From Octopus sinensis (lineage: Eukaryota), in the NCBI RefSeq assembly GCF_006345805.1, contig NW_021825025.1, positions 1 through 22,999 on the forward strand: a stretch of DNA of 22,999 nt, read 5' to 3'. The notes under the pieces are model-generated. The model saw only the letters and a program-made list of their open reading frames with translations, had not been told where the DNA came from and did not search any database. The first letter of the stretch is position 1, and each line of letters begins with the position of its first letter. Both the position numbers and the translations under genes were made by a program. Positions 1-8,889 of the stretch are shown here, one piece after another.

Positions 1-145
1 GCGTGGCACTTTGGGTGGTGTCTTCCACTATAGCCCCAGCTGACCGAAGCTTTGTGATTGAATTCGGTGGTGGAAGTTACTGCCATGTGTGTATGTGTGC
101 GTGTAGGTGCTTGTGCCTCTCCCAAAGAGAGAGAGAGGGGGGACA
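1..145 (+). mobile_element. SINE family A, divergent variant, truncated by the window edge
   Basis: Similar to the family A head (gcgtggcac..gtgtcttc..ctatagcc) and shares diagnostic changes with 11270-11459. Confidence 0.7.
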
Positions 146-261
146 CCAATCTCTACCATGCTGATTTGTCAATGCATAGGTTTGTACACACACACACACA
201 CACACACACATGTATATGTATGTATGAATGAAAACCAAAAAAAAAAGACAAAAATCATGCC

Positions 262-682
262 CCCCTAGAAGGACTTGTCCCAAACTTTGGCATCGAGAGT
301 TACACAAATACTAGAATTGGGCGCCACTGCATAGTGCCAAGGACTCCAAATTTGCCATCAAGATGTAGGACAAGTTACTGCGATAGCCTGGGCTTCAGAG
401 GCCTACAGCTCTTCGATATCCTCCCGAAGAACCTGAGAGACCTGCATGGGGTGGATGCAGATGTCTTCAAAATAAAGCTGGACCTCTTCCTGTCAAGTGT
501 CCCAGATTAACCAACTTCACGGCAGGAGGTGCAGATGAGGGCAGCTGCATCGAACTCTCTCATGCACCAAATGGCAATAACTAAAAAGCATTCGTGAAGT
601 AAAATCATGTAGCAACACCAAATGGCAGTGCCCCAGCATGGCCACAGCTCGTGAGCTGAAACTAGATTAAAATAAAATAAAA
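262..682 (+). mobile_element. 3' end of a CR1/L2-like LINE (end of ORF2, 3' UTR and TAAAA tail)
   Basis: Translates LEGLVPNFGI...SLGFRGLQLFDILPKNLRDL...FKIKLDLFLSSVPD*P...RAAASNSL, with an internal stop. Confidence 0.75.
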
Positions 683-684
683 AA

Positions 685-1330
685 ATGCGCAGGAGTGGCT
701 GTGTGGTAAGTAGCTTGCTAACCAACCACATGGTTCCGTGTTCAGTCCCACTGCGTGACATCTTGGGCAAGTGTCTTCTGCTATAGCCCCGGGCCAACCA
801 ATTCCTTGTGAGTGGATTTGGTAGACGGAAACTTAAAGAAGCCTGTCGTATATATGTATATATATATACAAGTGTGTGTGTGTATATGTTTGTGTGTCTG
901 TGTTTGTCCCCCTAGCATTGCTTGACAACCGATGCTGGTGTGCTTACGTCCCCGTCACTTTGCGGTTTGGCAAAAGAGACTGATAGAATAAGTACTGGGC
1001 TTACAAAGAATAAGTCCCAGGGTCGATTTGCTCGACTAAAGGTGGTGCTCCAGCATGGCCGCAGTCAAATGACTGAGACAAGTAAAAGAGACCGATAGAA
1101 TAAGTACTGGGCTTACAAAAGAATAAGTCCCGGGGTCGATTTTCTCGACTAAAGGCGGTGCTCCAGCATGGCTGCAGTCAAATGACTGAGACAAGTAAAA
1201 GAGACCGATAGAATAAGTACTGGGCTTACAAAGAATAAGTCCTGGGGTCGATTTGCTCGACTAAAGGCGGTGCTCCAGCATGGCCGCAGTCAAATGACTG
1301 AAACAAGTAAAAGAGTAAAATAGTAAGAGT
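685..1330 (+). mobile_element. tRNA-derived SINE family A, full length, with its 3' module triplicated
   Basis: Head gcaggagtggctgtgtggtaag...gttcagtccc with A/B-box-like motifs, internal microsatellite, three 112-113-bp 3' units and a GTAAAAGA tail. Confidence 0.9.
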
Positions 1331-1346
1331 AAATAAAATTACTAAC

Positions 1347-1602
1347 TTGGTTTGTTCAGTCTTCTTTTGGCAGAAGCTGTTCCTGGAGATTGTGTTGTAA
1401 ACCTTTCGGAGTGTCTCATAATCTGCCTGTTTAACGTATTCAATCAATTCATTCATCTTCTCGGTAAATCCTTTAACAATAGATGCATCCATGTTTTTAC
1501 AGAAATCCAGAAGGTTGGCTTGAATTTCTTGTTTAGTTTCATGTTGGTTGACTGTATAATGTTCATGTCCAAAGAGTAATGTGGTTCTGTAACTGAAACC
1601 TT
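1347..1602 (-). CDS. Exon 7 of the LLTP gene (EGFSYRTTLLFGHE...SFCQKKTEQTK); the gene continues beyond the left edge
   Basis: ttgcag acceptor (phase 1, G+AA=Glu) and GTTAGT donor (phase 2); 256 nt open. R.TLLF.HE followed by helical sequence fits the beta-barrel to alpha-helical transition. No further exon recognised in 1-1346. Confidence 0.88.
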
Positions 1603-1729
1603 CTGCAAAAGAAACAAAAAACAAAAAAGGGGGTTAACTGTAGCATTTAGTCTCCATCAAATAGAAATAGAAGATAGGTTCTGTTACCTAGGAGACCAAG
1701 GTCTGAAAGTGTATTTGTTAGGATCAGAA

Positions 1730-1877
1730 GCCACAGTCAAACCAATTCTACTATATGGCTCAGAAACCTGGACGTTATCAAAGAAGCTTGAGAGGTGGTT
1801 GGATGGAACCTACACTCGCCTCCTTATGAGAGCTCAAAATCTCTTGTGGAAGCGTCATCCAACCAAAATGCAAATAT
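1730..1877 (+). mobile_element. RTE-clade LINE reverse transcriptase remnant
   Basis: ATVKPILLYGSETWTLSKKLERWLDGTYTRLLMRAQN; LLYGSETW is typical of RTE RT C-terminal regions. Confidence 0.75.
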
Positions 1878-1898
1878 TACATATATAAATACATATAT

Positions 1899-2403
1899 AC
1901 GACGGGCTTCTTTCAGTTTCCGTCCACCAAATCCACTCACAAGGCTTTGGTCGGCCCGGGGCTATAGTAGAAGGCACTTGCCCAAGGTGCCATGCAGTGG
2001 GACTGAACCCGGAACCACACAAGCATAGACGCACACATACATATATATATATACATATATACGACGGGCTTCTTTCAGTTTCCGTCCACCAAATCAACTC
2101 ACAAGGCTTTGGTCGGCCCGAGGCTATAGTAGAAGACACTTGCCCAAGGTGCCACGCAGTGGGACTGAACCCGGAACCATGTGATTGGTAAGCAAGCTAC
2201 TTACCACACAGCCACTCCTGCGCCTGCGTATACATATATATGACGGGCTTCTTTCAGTTTCCGCCTATTAAATCCACTCACAAGGCTTTGGTCGGCCCGA
2301 GGCTATAGTAGAAGACACTTGCCCAAGGTGCCACGCAGTGTACTGAACCCGGAACCATGTGGTTGGTAGGCAAGCTACTTACCACACAGCCACTCCTGCG
2401 CCT
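1899..2403 (-). mobile_element. Three tandem SINE family A heads (1899-2017, 2061-2225, 2241-2403)
   Basis: Reverse complements of 685-850, separated by short TA/CA tracts. Confidence 0.9.
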
Positions 2404-2446
2404 GTATGAACATATTCTTTTGGCTATGTGGTCAATATGCACTTAC

Positions 2447-2647
2447 CCTCTGCAGTGCGCTCTGGTTTGCGAACGCCTGTGAATACCAAAGATTGAGTTA
2501 CTGTGTTCATTGCTCCACTGTCACCATTGGAAAAGGTCTGAAGACATGTTCTTCTTTACATTCTGACTCTTGCAAAATCTTTGATGATGGATCTACTGTC
2601 TGATGGCACATATAAGTACCCTTGAGAAGTGGTAGAGAGTTCACTTT
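2447..2647 (-). CDS. Exon 6 of the LLTP gene (KVNSLPLLKG...ECKEEHVFRPF/SNGDSGAMNTVTQSL...RTAE), with a 1-bp frameshift at about 2531-2534
   Basis: ttgcag acceptor and GTAAGT donor. The exon is 201 nt, but 202 nt are needed to link phase 0 to the phase-1 exon 7. Adding one T to the sense T-run restores the conserved C.E.H.F.PFS.G..GA...V.Q.L motif. Not present in the ORF track. Confidence 0.88.
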
Positions 2648-2683
2648 CTGCAATAAACACATAAGATTTATATATACATAGCA

Positions 2684-2716
<33 letters not shown>

Positions 2717-2896
2717 CTTTTTAATTTTTATCTCATATTAAACTTTTAATACTTTTTGATAGTTATATATATTTATATTAAAAAATATTATTAAATAAAT
2801 AAATAAATAATAAAAATAAATATATAATATATATATATATACATATATAATCAATAAATGGTGGGGTTGTGTTGACCGCACGTGGAGAAATGATAA

Positions 2897-3134
2897 GCAA
2901 GGAAAAATTGTAAAAAGGCTAAATTGAAAGAAGATTTTAATGAAAATGGGTGTATGGAAAATTTTGAAAAATTGATAAAATATATATATATTAATTCAAA
3001 CCGGTTTTCGTCATAATGTAGAAAAGTCACATTATGGCGAAAACGGTTTGAATTAATATATATATATATATTTGATCAATTTTTCAAAATTTTTCATTAA
3101 AAATTTCTTTCAATTTAGCATTCTGCCTTTTTAC
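2897..3134. repeat. AT-rich foldback palindrome (arms 2897-3019 and 3029-3134) of a dispersed family also at 6890-7030
   Basis: aattcaaaccggttttcgtcataatgt and acattatggcgaaaacggtttgaatt are inverted around a 9-nt loop; complementarity extends about 110 bp. Confidence 0.8.
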
Positions 3135-3605
3135 ATATATATATATAAATTTATAAAAATAAATTAATAATTTTAAATTTTTAACCTTAAATTTAAATAA
3201 TTTAAATTTTAAATTTTGTATTTTATATATTTTGTATATTATCTTAATTATTTTTTATTTCTATGTTTTGGTTTATGTTTTTCACTGTTTGATTTGCTTA
3301 ATAGTGGTTTTATCTCTAATTTAATTTATATATATATATATATTATATATATATATACATATATATAATTAATAATATCAAGGTTAATAAGAAATATTAG
3401 AATTTTCCATTACCAGTGGCCTAGCATGTAAAAATTTAGTCAATAGACTGTATATTATTCATATAAATACAGTGTACATTTAAACACATAAGAGGCATCC
3501 ATCATAGGACTCCTTGCACACTAGACAGTACAGTTAAATTTCAAACCACTATTGTGAATAAAACTTCGAAGGAAACGAAAAAATAAGAACGTTTAGCATC
3601 TAAAT

Positions 3606-3674
3606 CCTGGACCATGATTTCAGACTTTTTTTAGCAAATAAAATAATTTGCTAGGCGAAGTCTTCTTCAGCAGG
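3606..3674 (-). ncRNA. Type I hammerhead ribozyme motif in intron 5, sense to the host pre-mRNA
   Basis: Minus strand reads CCTG-CTGAAGA-AGACTT(cgcc TAGCAAAT tatttt ATTTGCTA aaaa)AAGTCT-GAAA-T-CATG-G-TC-CAGG. This gives a full core, 4-bp stem I, 6-bp plus 8-bp stem II, and a GUC cleavage triplet. Confidence 0.75.
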
Positions 3675-3953
3675 TACACCTTAGGTTAAACATATATACA
3701 CAAGGCAAATTAAAGGTGTCTTTGAAAATTTGAAAATTAAAGGTGTCTATTTACCTCTTGCATGTCTATGTACATATGTGTGTGTGAGTGCATGTGTGTA
3801 TGTGCATGTGCACAACTCAACATATATAATACATCCTTATTTTTACATGTGTATACATATACATGTGTATACATATACATGTGTATATGTATACATGTGT
3901 ATATGTATACACATTTTGTATTTTTACATGTATCTCCATATCTCTTTCTTTTT

Positions 3954-4066
3954 CTCTCTTTTACATGTTTCAGTCATTTGACTGCGGCCATGCTGGAGCA
4001 CTGCCTTTAGTCGAGCAAATCGACCCCAGGACTTATTCTTTGGAAGCCCAGTACTTATTCTATCGG
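3954..4066 (-). mobile_element. SINE family A 3' module
   Basis: Reverse complement of the unit repeated at 972-1310. Confidence 0.85.
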
Positions 4067-4170
4067 CAATTGCTAAAAAGCATTCGTGAAGTAAAATCAT
4101 GTAACAACACCGAATGGCGGTGCCCCAGCATGGCCACAGCTCGTGAGCTGAAACTAGATAAAATATAAAA
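4067..4170 (+). mobile_element. Second copy of the same LINE 3' UTR and tail
   Basis: Near identical to 580-682 (ctaaaaagcattcgtgaagtaaaatcatgt...gagctgaaactagat). Confidence 0.8.
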
Positions 4171-4216
4171 AATATAAAATATAAAAATATATAAATATAT
4201 AAATGAATTTACTTAC

Positions 4217-4369
4217 AGAATGAGAATTGTACATCACAGACTGCATGGCAATATTATAATGTTCTCGGTTCGTACAACTGAGGAGGTCCTTCTCTTTTGT
4301 AATTCTTCCAGCTTTGTCTTTGCCCTCCGGTAGGCTGTACGAGGTCATGCAAGTTCCTACAACATCAGT
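4217..4369 (-). CDS. Exon 5 of the LLTP gene (TDVVGTCMTSY...KEKDLLSCTNR...SHS)
   Basis: tttcag acceptor and GTAAGT donor; 153 nt, phase 0-0. E|TDV.G.C.T.Y and K.KDL..C..R are conserved LPD_N motifs. Confidence 0.95.
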
Positions 4370-4447
4370 CTGAAATAACAAAGGTTACATATTACAAACA
4401 TGCGTATATGTGTGTCGGTATGTGTGCGTATGTTGTTTTTCTGTTTG

Positions 4448-5414
4448 TTCCTTCTCGAGCAATGCCTGGTTCATAAGGACCAGTTTCCTTGGTGTATAGG
4501 TTCCCCATCTGGACAGGATACCGGTCCGTCGCAGGTGAGCTGCAAGATGCAGGAGGAAAGAATGAGAGAAAGTTGTGGCGAAAGAGTCAGCAGAAGTTTC
4601 ACCAATACCTTCTGCTGGAGCCGCATGGAGCTTAGGTGTTTCGCTCAAAAACACACACATCGCCCAGTCTGAGATTCGAACCCGCAATCCCTCGACTGCA
4701 AGTCAGCTGCTCTAACCACTATGCCATGTGCCTCCACACACATATATATATATTGTTGTTTTTTCCTTCTCGAGCCACGCCTGGCTCATAAGGACCAGTT
4801 TCCCGGTTTCCTTGGTGTATAGGTTCCCCACCTGGATGGGACACCGGTCCGTCGCAGGTGAGCTGCAAGATGCAGGAGGAAAGAATGAGAGAAAGTTGTG
4901 GCGAAAGAGTCAGCAGAAGTTTCGCCAATACCTTCTGCCAGAGCCGCATGGAGCTTAGGTGTTTCGCTCAAAAACACACACATCACCCGGTCTGAGATTC
5001 GAACCCGCAATCCCTTGTCTGCAAGTCAGCTGCTCTAACCACTACACCATGTGCCTCCACATATATATATATATATTTTTTTCTCTCCTTGTTTTTTTCT
5101 GTGTATCTTTCTGTCGAAGAGCGTAGGCTCGAAATGTAAAAGACTTTTTCTATTCTTGAGCGCTATACTAATACATTTGTTTTTTGTACTCCACCTGCCT
5201 TCGTCTTTTGTTTTTTTATTTTCGCAAACTCTCCCTTTAATATATATATATATATATATAATAATATATATATATAATATATATACATATATATATATAA
5301 TTATATATATAATATACTATATAATATATATAAATATGGTTGTTTGTACCTTCTCGAGCCACGCCTGTTTCATGGGGCCGGTTTCCCAGTTTTCCTTGGC
5401 GTATAGGTTCCCCA
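4448..5414 (-). mobile_element. tRNA-derived SINE family C, tandem copies (4448-4738, 4763-5061, partial 5349-5414)
   Basis: The minus-strand head tggaggcacatggcatagtggttagagcagc...gggttcgaatc has A and B boxes; the copies are highly similar. Confidence 0.85.
5106..5143 (+). ncRNA. Minimal hammerhead-like motif in a probable Penelope-like terminal repeat remnant (about 5070-5240)
   Basis: TCTTT-CTGTCGA-A-GAGC(gtag)GCTC-GAAA-TG-TA-AAAGA. Stems I and II pair. The core has T at position 6, and stem III is loopless (ATGT, likely from ACGT). Confidence 0.5.
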
Positions 5415-5462
5415 TATACATATATATATATATATATATACATATACATACATATATATACC

Positions 5463-5575
5463 ACTTTCAGGGTTGATTAAATAAGTACCAGTTACGCACT
5501 GGGGTCGATGTAATCGACTTAATCCCCCTGTTTGTCCTCTCTATGTTTAGCCGCCTGTGAGCAATAAATAAATAA
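5463..5575 (+). mobile_element. SINE family B 3' part
   Basis: Matches the reverse complement of the units at 17889-18549 (taagtaccagttacgcactggggtcgatgtaatcgacttaatc). Confidence 0.8.
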
Positions 5576-5680
5576 TAATGTAATATGAATAAAATGGGAA
5601 ATGTTTTGGTGCGTGAATTTCTGCCCACCATGCACAATAAAGGATATACCAAGCCAGGTGTAACGTTTATGATGATGATG

Positions 5681-6030
5681 ATCATCATCATCGTTTAACG
5701 TCCGTTTTCCATGCTAGCATGGGTTGGACGGTTCAACTGGGGTCTGGGAAGCCAGAGGCTGCACCAGGCTTCAGTCTGATCTGGCAGTGTTTCTACAGCT
5801 TGATGCCCTTCCTAACGCCAACCACTCCCTGAGTGTAGTGGGTGCTTTTTACGTGCCACCTGCACAGGTGCCAGGCGAGGCTGGCAAACGGCCACGATCG
5901 GATGGTGCTTTTTACGTGCCACCTGCACAGGTGCCAGGCGAGGCTGGCAAACGGCCACGATTGGATGGTGCTTTTTACATGCCACCTGCACAGGTGCCAG
6001 GCGAGGCTGGCAAACGGCCACGATGGGATA
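5681..6030 (-). mobile_element. Retroposon family D with (GAT)n tail and three internal 63-bp tandem units (starts 5841, 5904, 5967)
   Basis: Same sequence as 10313-10647 in the opposite orientation, and as 19582-19758; (CAT)n tail on the plus strand. Confidence 0.85.
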
Positions 6031-6062
6031 TTTAGTTTTATGAGTAATATATGTCAACCAAC

Positions 6063-6287
6063 CTCGTATACGTCGGTGCCTGCTTCGAGGGTATCCATGG
6101 AGTTCTGGAAACCTGACAAAAAACCTCGTTTCATGTTCAAGGCCCATGTTGATTCCCCTGATGCTGGGCAGACAGCTTCGATTATGCCATCCTGGTAGGC
6201 AAATCTCAAAGAATGTGCCGTAAGTTCTTCCTGGAATCGGGTGCTTTTCGAAGCATCTTTAACTTTAAGGAGAGTGGCTTCTGTGAT
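6063..6287 (-). CDS. Exon 4 of the LLTP gene (ITEATLLK...VCPASGESTWALNMKRGFLSGFQN...DVYE)
   Basis: ttacag acceptor and GTTGGT donor; 225 nt, phase 0-0. CP..E..WALN.KRG.LS.FQN matches the apolipophorin/apoB LN.KRG motif. Confidence 0.95.
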
Positions 6288-6889
6288 CTGTAACAAAATA
6301 AATAAATAGATAAATAAATAAATAAATAAATAAATAAAATCAATAGTTCAAAGATATTTTACATTTTACAGATTTTACAGAATTTATAACAGGGATGATT
6401 TTTTTTTTTTTTTTCTGTGACTAATACGATGAGGAAAAAGAGGAGAGAAGTGTTTCTTATGGAAGAAACATCAGACGGGAGAAATGGTTAACCAAAGGTG
6501 AAAGGATGATAGTTGATAGAGGTGTCCGTTGTTTAACAGGTTATACACTCCCACCATCTCCCTTTGTGTGTGTGTGTGTGTGTGTGTATGTATATGTATC
6601 TGTGTAATATAAATATATATGTATAGATATACTTATATATCTATATCTATCAATATATATTAATTATAATATACACACACACCATACATATATATATACA
6701 CACACACACACTACATAGGATATATATATATATTATATACATACATACATACATACATACATAATATATTATATATATATATATATAATAATATATATAT
6801 ATATTTTTATATCTTTTTTTGCAAAAAACAATGTAATTTTCTTTTTCCTCCTCCTCAATTATAAAAAAGAATTTTCTTTTCACCTTACA

Positions 6890-7030
6890 ATTCTTGAAAA
6901 GTCACATTGCGACGAAAACCGGTTAGAGTAAATATTTTTTTTTTTAAATTTAAAAAATTTTCCATACACCCATTTTCATTAAAATTTACCTTCAATTTAG
7001 CATTCTGCCTTTTTATAATTTTTCCTAGCC
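6890..7030 (+). repeat. Single arm of the 2897-3134 foldback family
   Basis: gaaaagtcacatt..gacgaaaaccggtt...cattttcattaaaattt..ttcaatttagcattctgccttttta matches 3021-3134. Confidence 0.75.
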
Positions 7031-7055
7031 TATATATATATATATATATATATAT

Positions 7056-7229
7056 ACGACAGGCTTCTTTCAGTTTCTGTTATACCAAATCCACTCACAA
7101 GGCTTTGGTCAGCCTGAGGCTATAGTAGTATAGTAGAATACACTTGCCCAAGGTGCCACGCAGTGGGACTGAACCCAGAACAATGTGGTTGGTAAGCAAG
7201 CTAATTACCACACAGCCACTCCTGCGCCT
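7056..7229 (-). mobile_element. SINE family A head
   Basis: Reverse complement of 685-850. Confidence 0.9.
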
Positions 7230-7634
7230 ATATATAGATACTTTTTTCTATATTCTACTATGCACATGTATGTACATAGCTTTATCTCTTTCAAATCATA
7301 ATTATACTTTCCTGAATGGAAAAGTCACTTATGACAATATAATCCTTGATACATTTAGACTGAATAAAAGATGAGATGATCGCAGTTGGAAGTGCTTTGG
7401 TCACAGATATTTATAATGGATCAGAGATGATCTGGGGTTTAAGAACCACATGAAGGAAAAAATCACATTAGATAATGTAGTCCTAGGTGCATTAGGTCTA
7501 AATATCTTTGACCCTTGGTTTGCTAAATCAGGACTGATATAGGACACAAGACACATCATCTCATTTAGTCCAAGATATACTAAGCCTGAATAAAAGATGG
7601 TGGTGTTGATGGCGGGAGCTAAGCAATAACTTAC

Positions 7635-7795
7635 CCTCATGATGAAGTCACATTTGGACACAGGTTCAATCTCCACTTTGGCCCTTATTGATATCGTTGG
7701 TTCATCACTGGAGGCGCCCTTCATCAGGGTCGCAGAGGTGATGGCGTATTCATATTTGTAGGCGATTCCTTGTTTGTAGTTGAACTTGTGGTTTC
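7635..7795 (-). CDS. Exon 3 of the LLTP gene (GNHKFNYKQGIAYKYEY...KCDFIMR), start of the Vitellogenin_N domain
   Basis: gtcag acceptor and GTAAGT donor; 161 nt, phase 1-0. Carries the KF.Y..G..Y.Y.Y start motif of LPD_N. Confidence 0.93.
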
Positions 7796-7871
7796 CTGAC
7801 ATTTGTAGAGAAAAAAAAGCAAACTTCAACATCTCAAAGAAAATTGTTGGTACATACAGACACACATACAG

Positions 7872-7906
<35 letters not shown>

Positions 7907-8045
7907 TACACTCACACATCAACACACACACACATACATTTTGGACATGAGATAGTAGTATATTTAGAGATTATCATATATAAATGGTGTTATATACACC
8001 TTGCTGACATATATACATATATATATATATAAAACATTACATTAC

Positions 8046-8102
8046 CTGTGCATATTTTGGCACAAGTTGTCTGGTCACGGCCACCTCTTATCTGGATTGG
8101 AC
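8046..8102 (-). CDS. Exon 2 of the LLTP gene (GPIQIRGGRDQTTCAKICT)
   Basis: ttccag acceptor and GTAAT donor; 57 nt, phase 1-1, joins exons 1 and 3 in frame. An N-terminal CxxxC is typical of apolipophorin-like proteins. Confidence 0.85.
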
Positions 8103-8134
8103 CTGGAATACAGAAATTACACATATTATAACAT

Positions 8135-8464
8135 ATATATGTATGTATGTATGCATGTATGTATGCATGTATGTAGTATGTATGCATGCATGTATGTATA
8201 TACATATGTATGTATGTATCTTTGTATGTATGTATGTATGTATGTATGCATGCATGTATGCATGCATGTATGTATGTACATATGTATGTATGTATGAATG
8301 TATGTACGTATGTATGTGTGTGTGTATGTATGTATGTATGTATGTATGTGTGTGTGTGTATGTATGTATGTATGTATGTGTGTGTGTGTATGTATGTATG
8401 CATGTATGTATATATGTATGTATGTATGAATGTATGTATATATGTATGTATGTATGAATGTATG

Positions 8465-8498
<34 letters not shown>

Positions 8499-8662
8499 TA
8501 TATGTATGTGTGTATGTATGTATGTATGTATGTATGTATGAATGCATGTATGTATTAATGTATGTATGTATGTATGTATGTATGTATGTATGTATGTATG
8601 AATGCATGTATGTATTAATGTATGTATGTATGTATGCATGTATATATGTATGTATGTATGTA
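8135..8662. repeat. Compound (TATG)n/(TG)n microsatellite
   Basis: Directly visible tetranucleotide repeat. Confidence 0.95.
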
Positions 8663-8689
8663 CCCCTAACAGATACTGCCCTCACTTGA

Positions 8690-8860
8690 ATGTTTTTTTT
8701 ACGTGCCACCAGCACAAGTGCTAGTAAGGCGATGCAGGTAACGATCACGCTTGAATGGTGTCTTTAACGTGCCACTGGCACAGAGGCCAGCTTGTTGCTC
8801 TGGCAAAGATCTCACTCGTATGGTACTCTTAGTGCCCCACTAGCACGGATGCCAGTCATC
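8690..8860 (-). mobile_element. Internal fragment of retroposon family D
   Basis: Repeated ttttacgtgccac/tttaacgtgccac motifs as in 5841-6030. Confidence 0.55.
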
Positions 8861-8889
8861 GAATCTGATTTCGATTTCGATTTCCTTTA

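Noticed and set aside
1352-1579. Plus-strand ORF overlapping exon 7
   Set aside because: Antisense shadow of the real exon, with no independent support.
2525-2540. Programmed ribosomal frameshifting in exon 6
   Set aside because: No slippery heptamer, and a single missing base in a homopolymer is the typical long-read error.
5841-5903. GC-rich family D unit resembling the HDV ribozyme P3/L3 (GCC TCGCCT GGC)
   Set aside because: L3 is too short and no P1 or P2 partner could be placed; it folds as two simple hairpins.
5724-6198. ORFs with 21-aa repeats (VPPAQVPGEAGKRPR)
   Set aside because: Caused by the 63-bp tandem unit of family D, which happens to be a multiple of three; the same sequence is frameshifted in other copies.
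7705-7728. CTGATGA on the minus strand in exon 3, and another on the plus strand at 13682
   Set aside because: No GAAA or closing stems at the right distance; chance matches.
7990-8748. Long ORFs such as HTYIHTYI and MYVCMYVC, and similar YIYI/ICIY ORFs elsewhere
   Set aside because: Translations of TATG, TA, CA and GA microsatellites; no coding signal apart from the embedded 57-nt exon 2.
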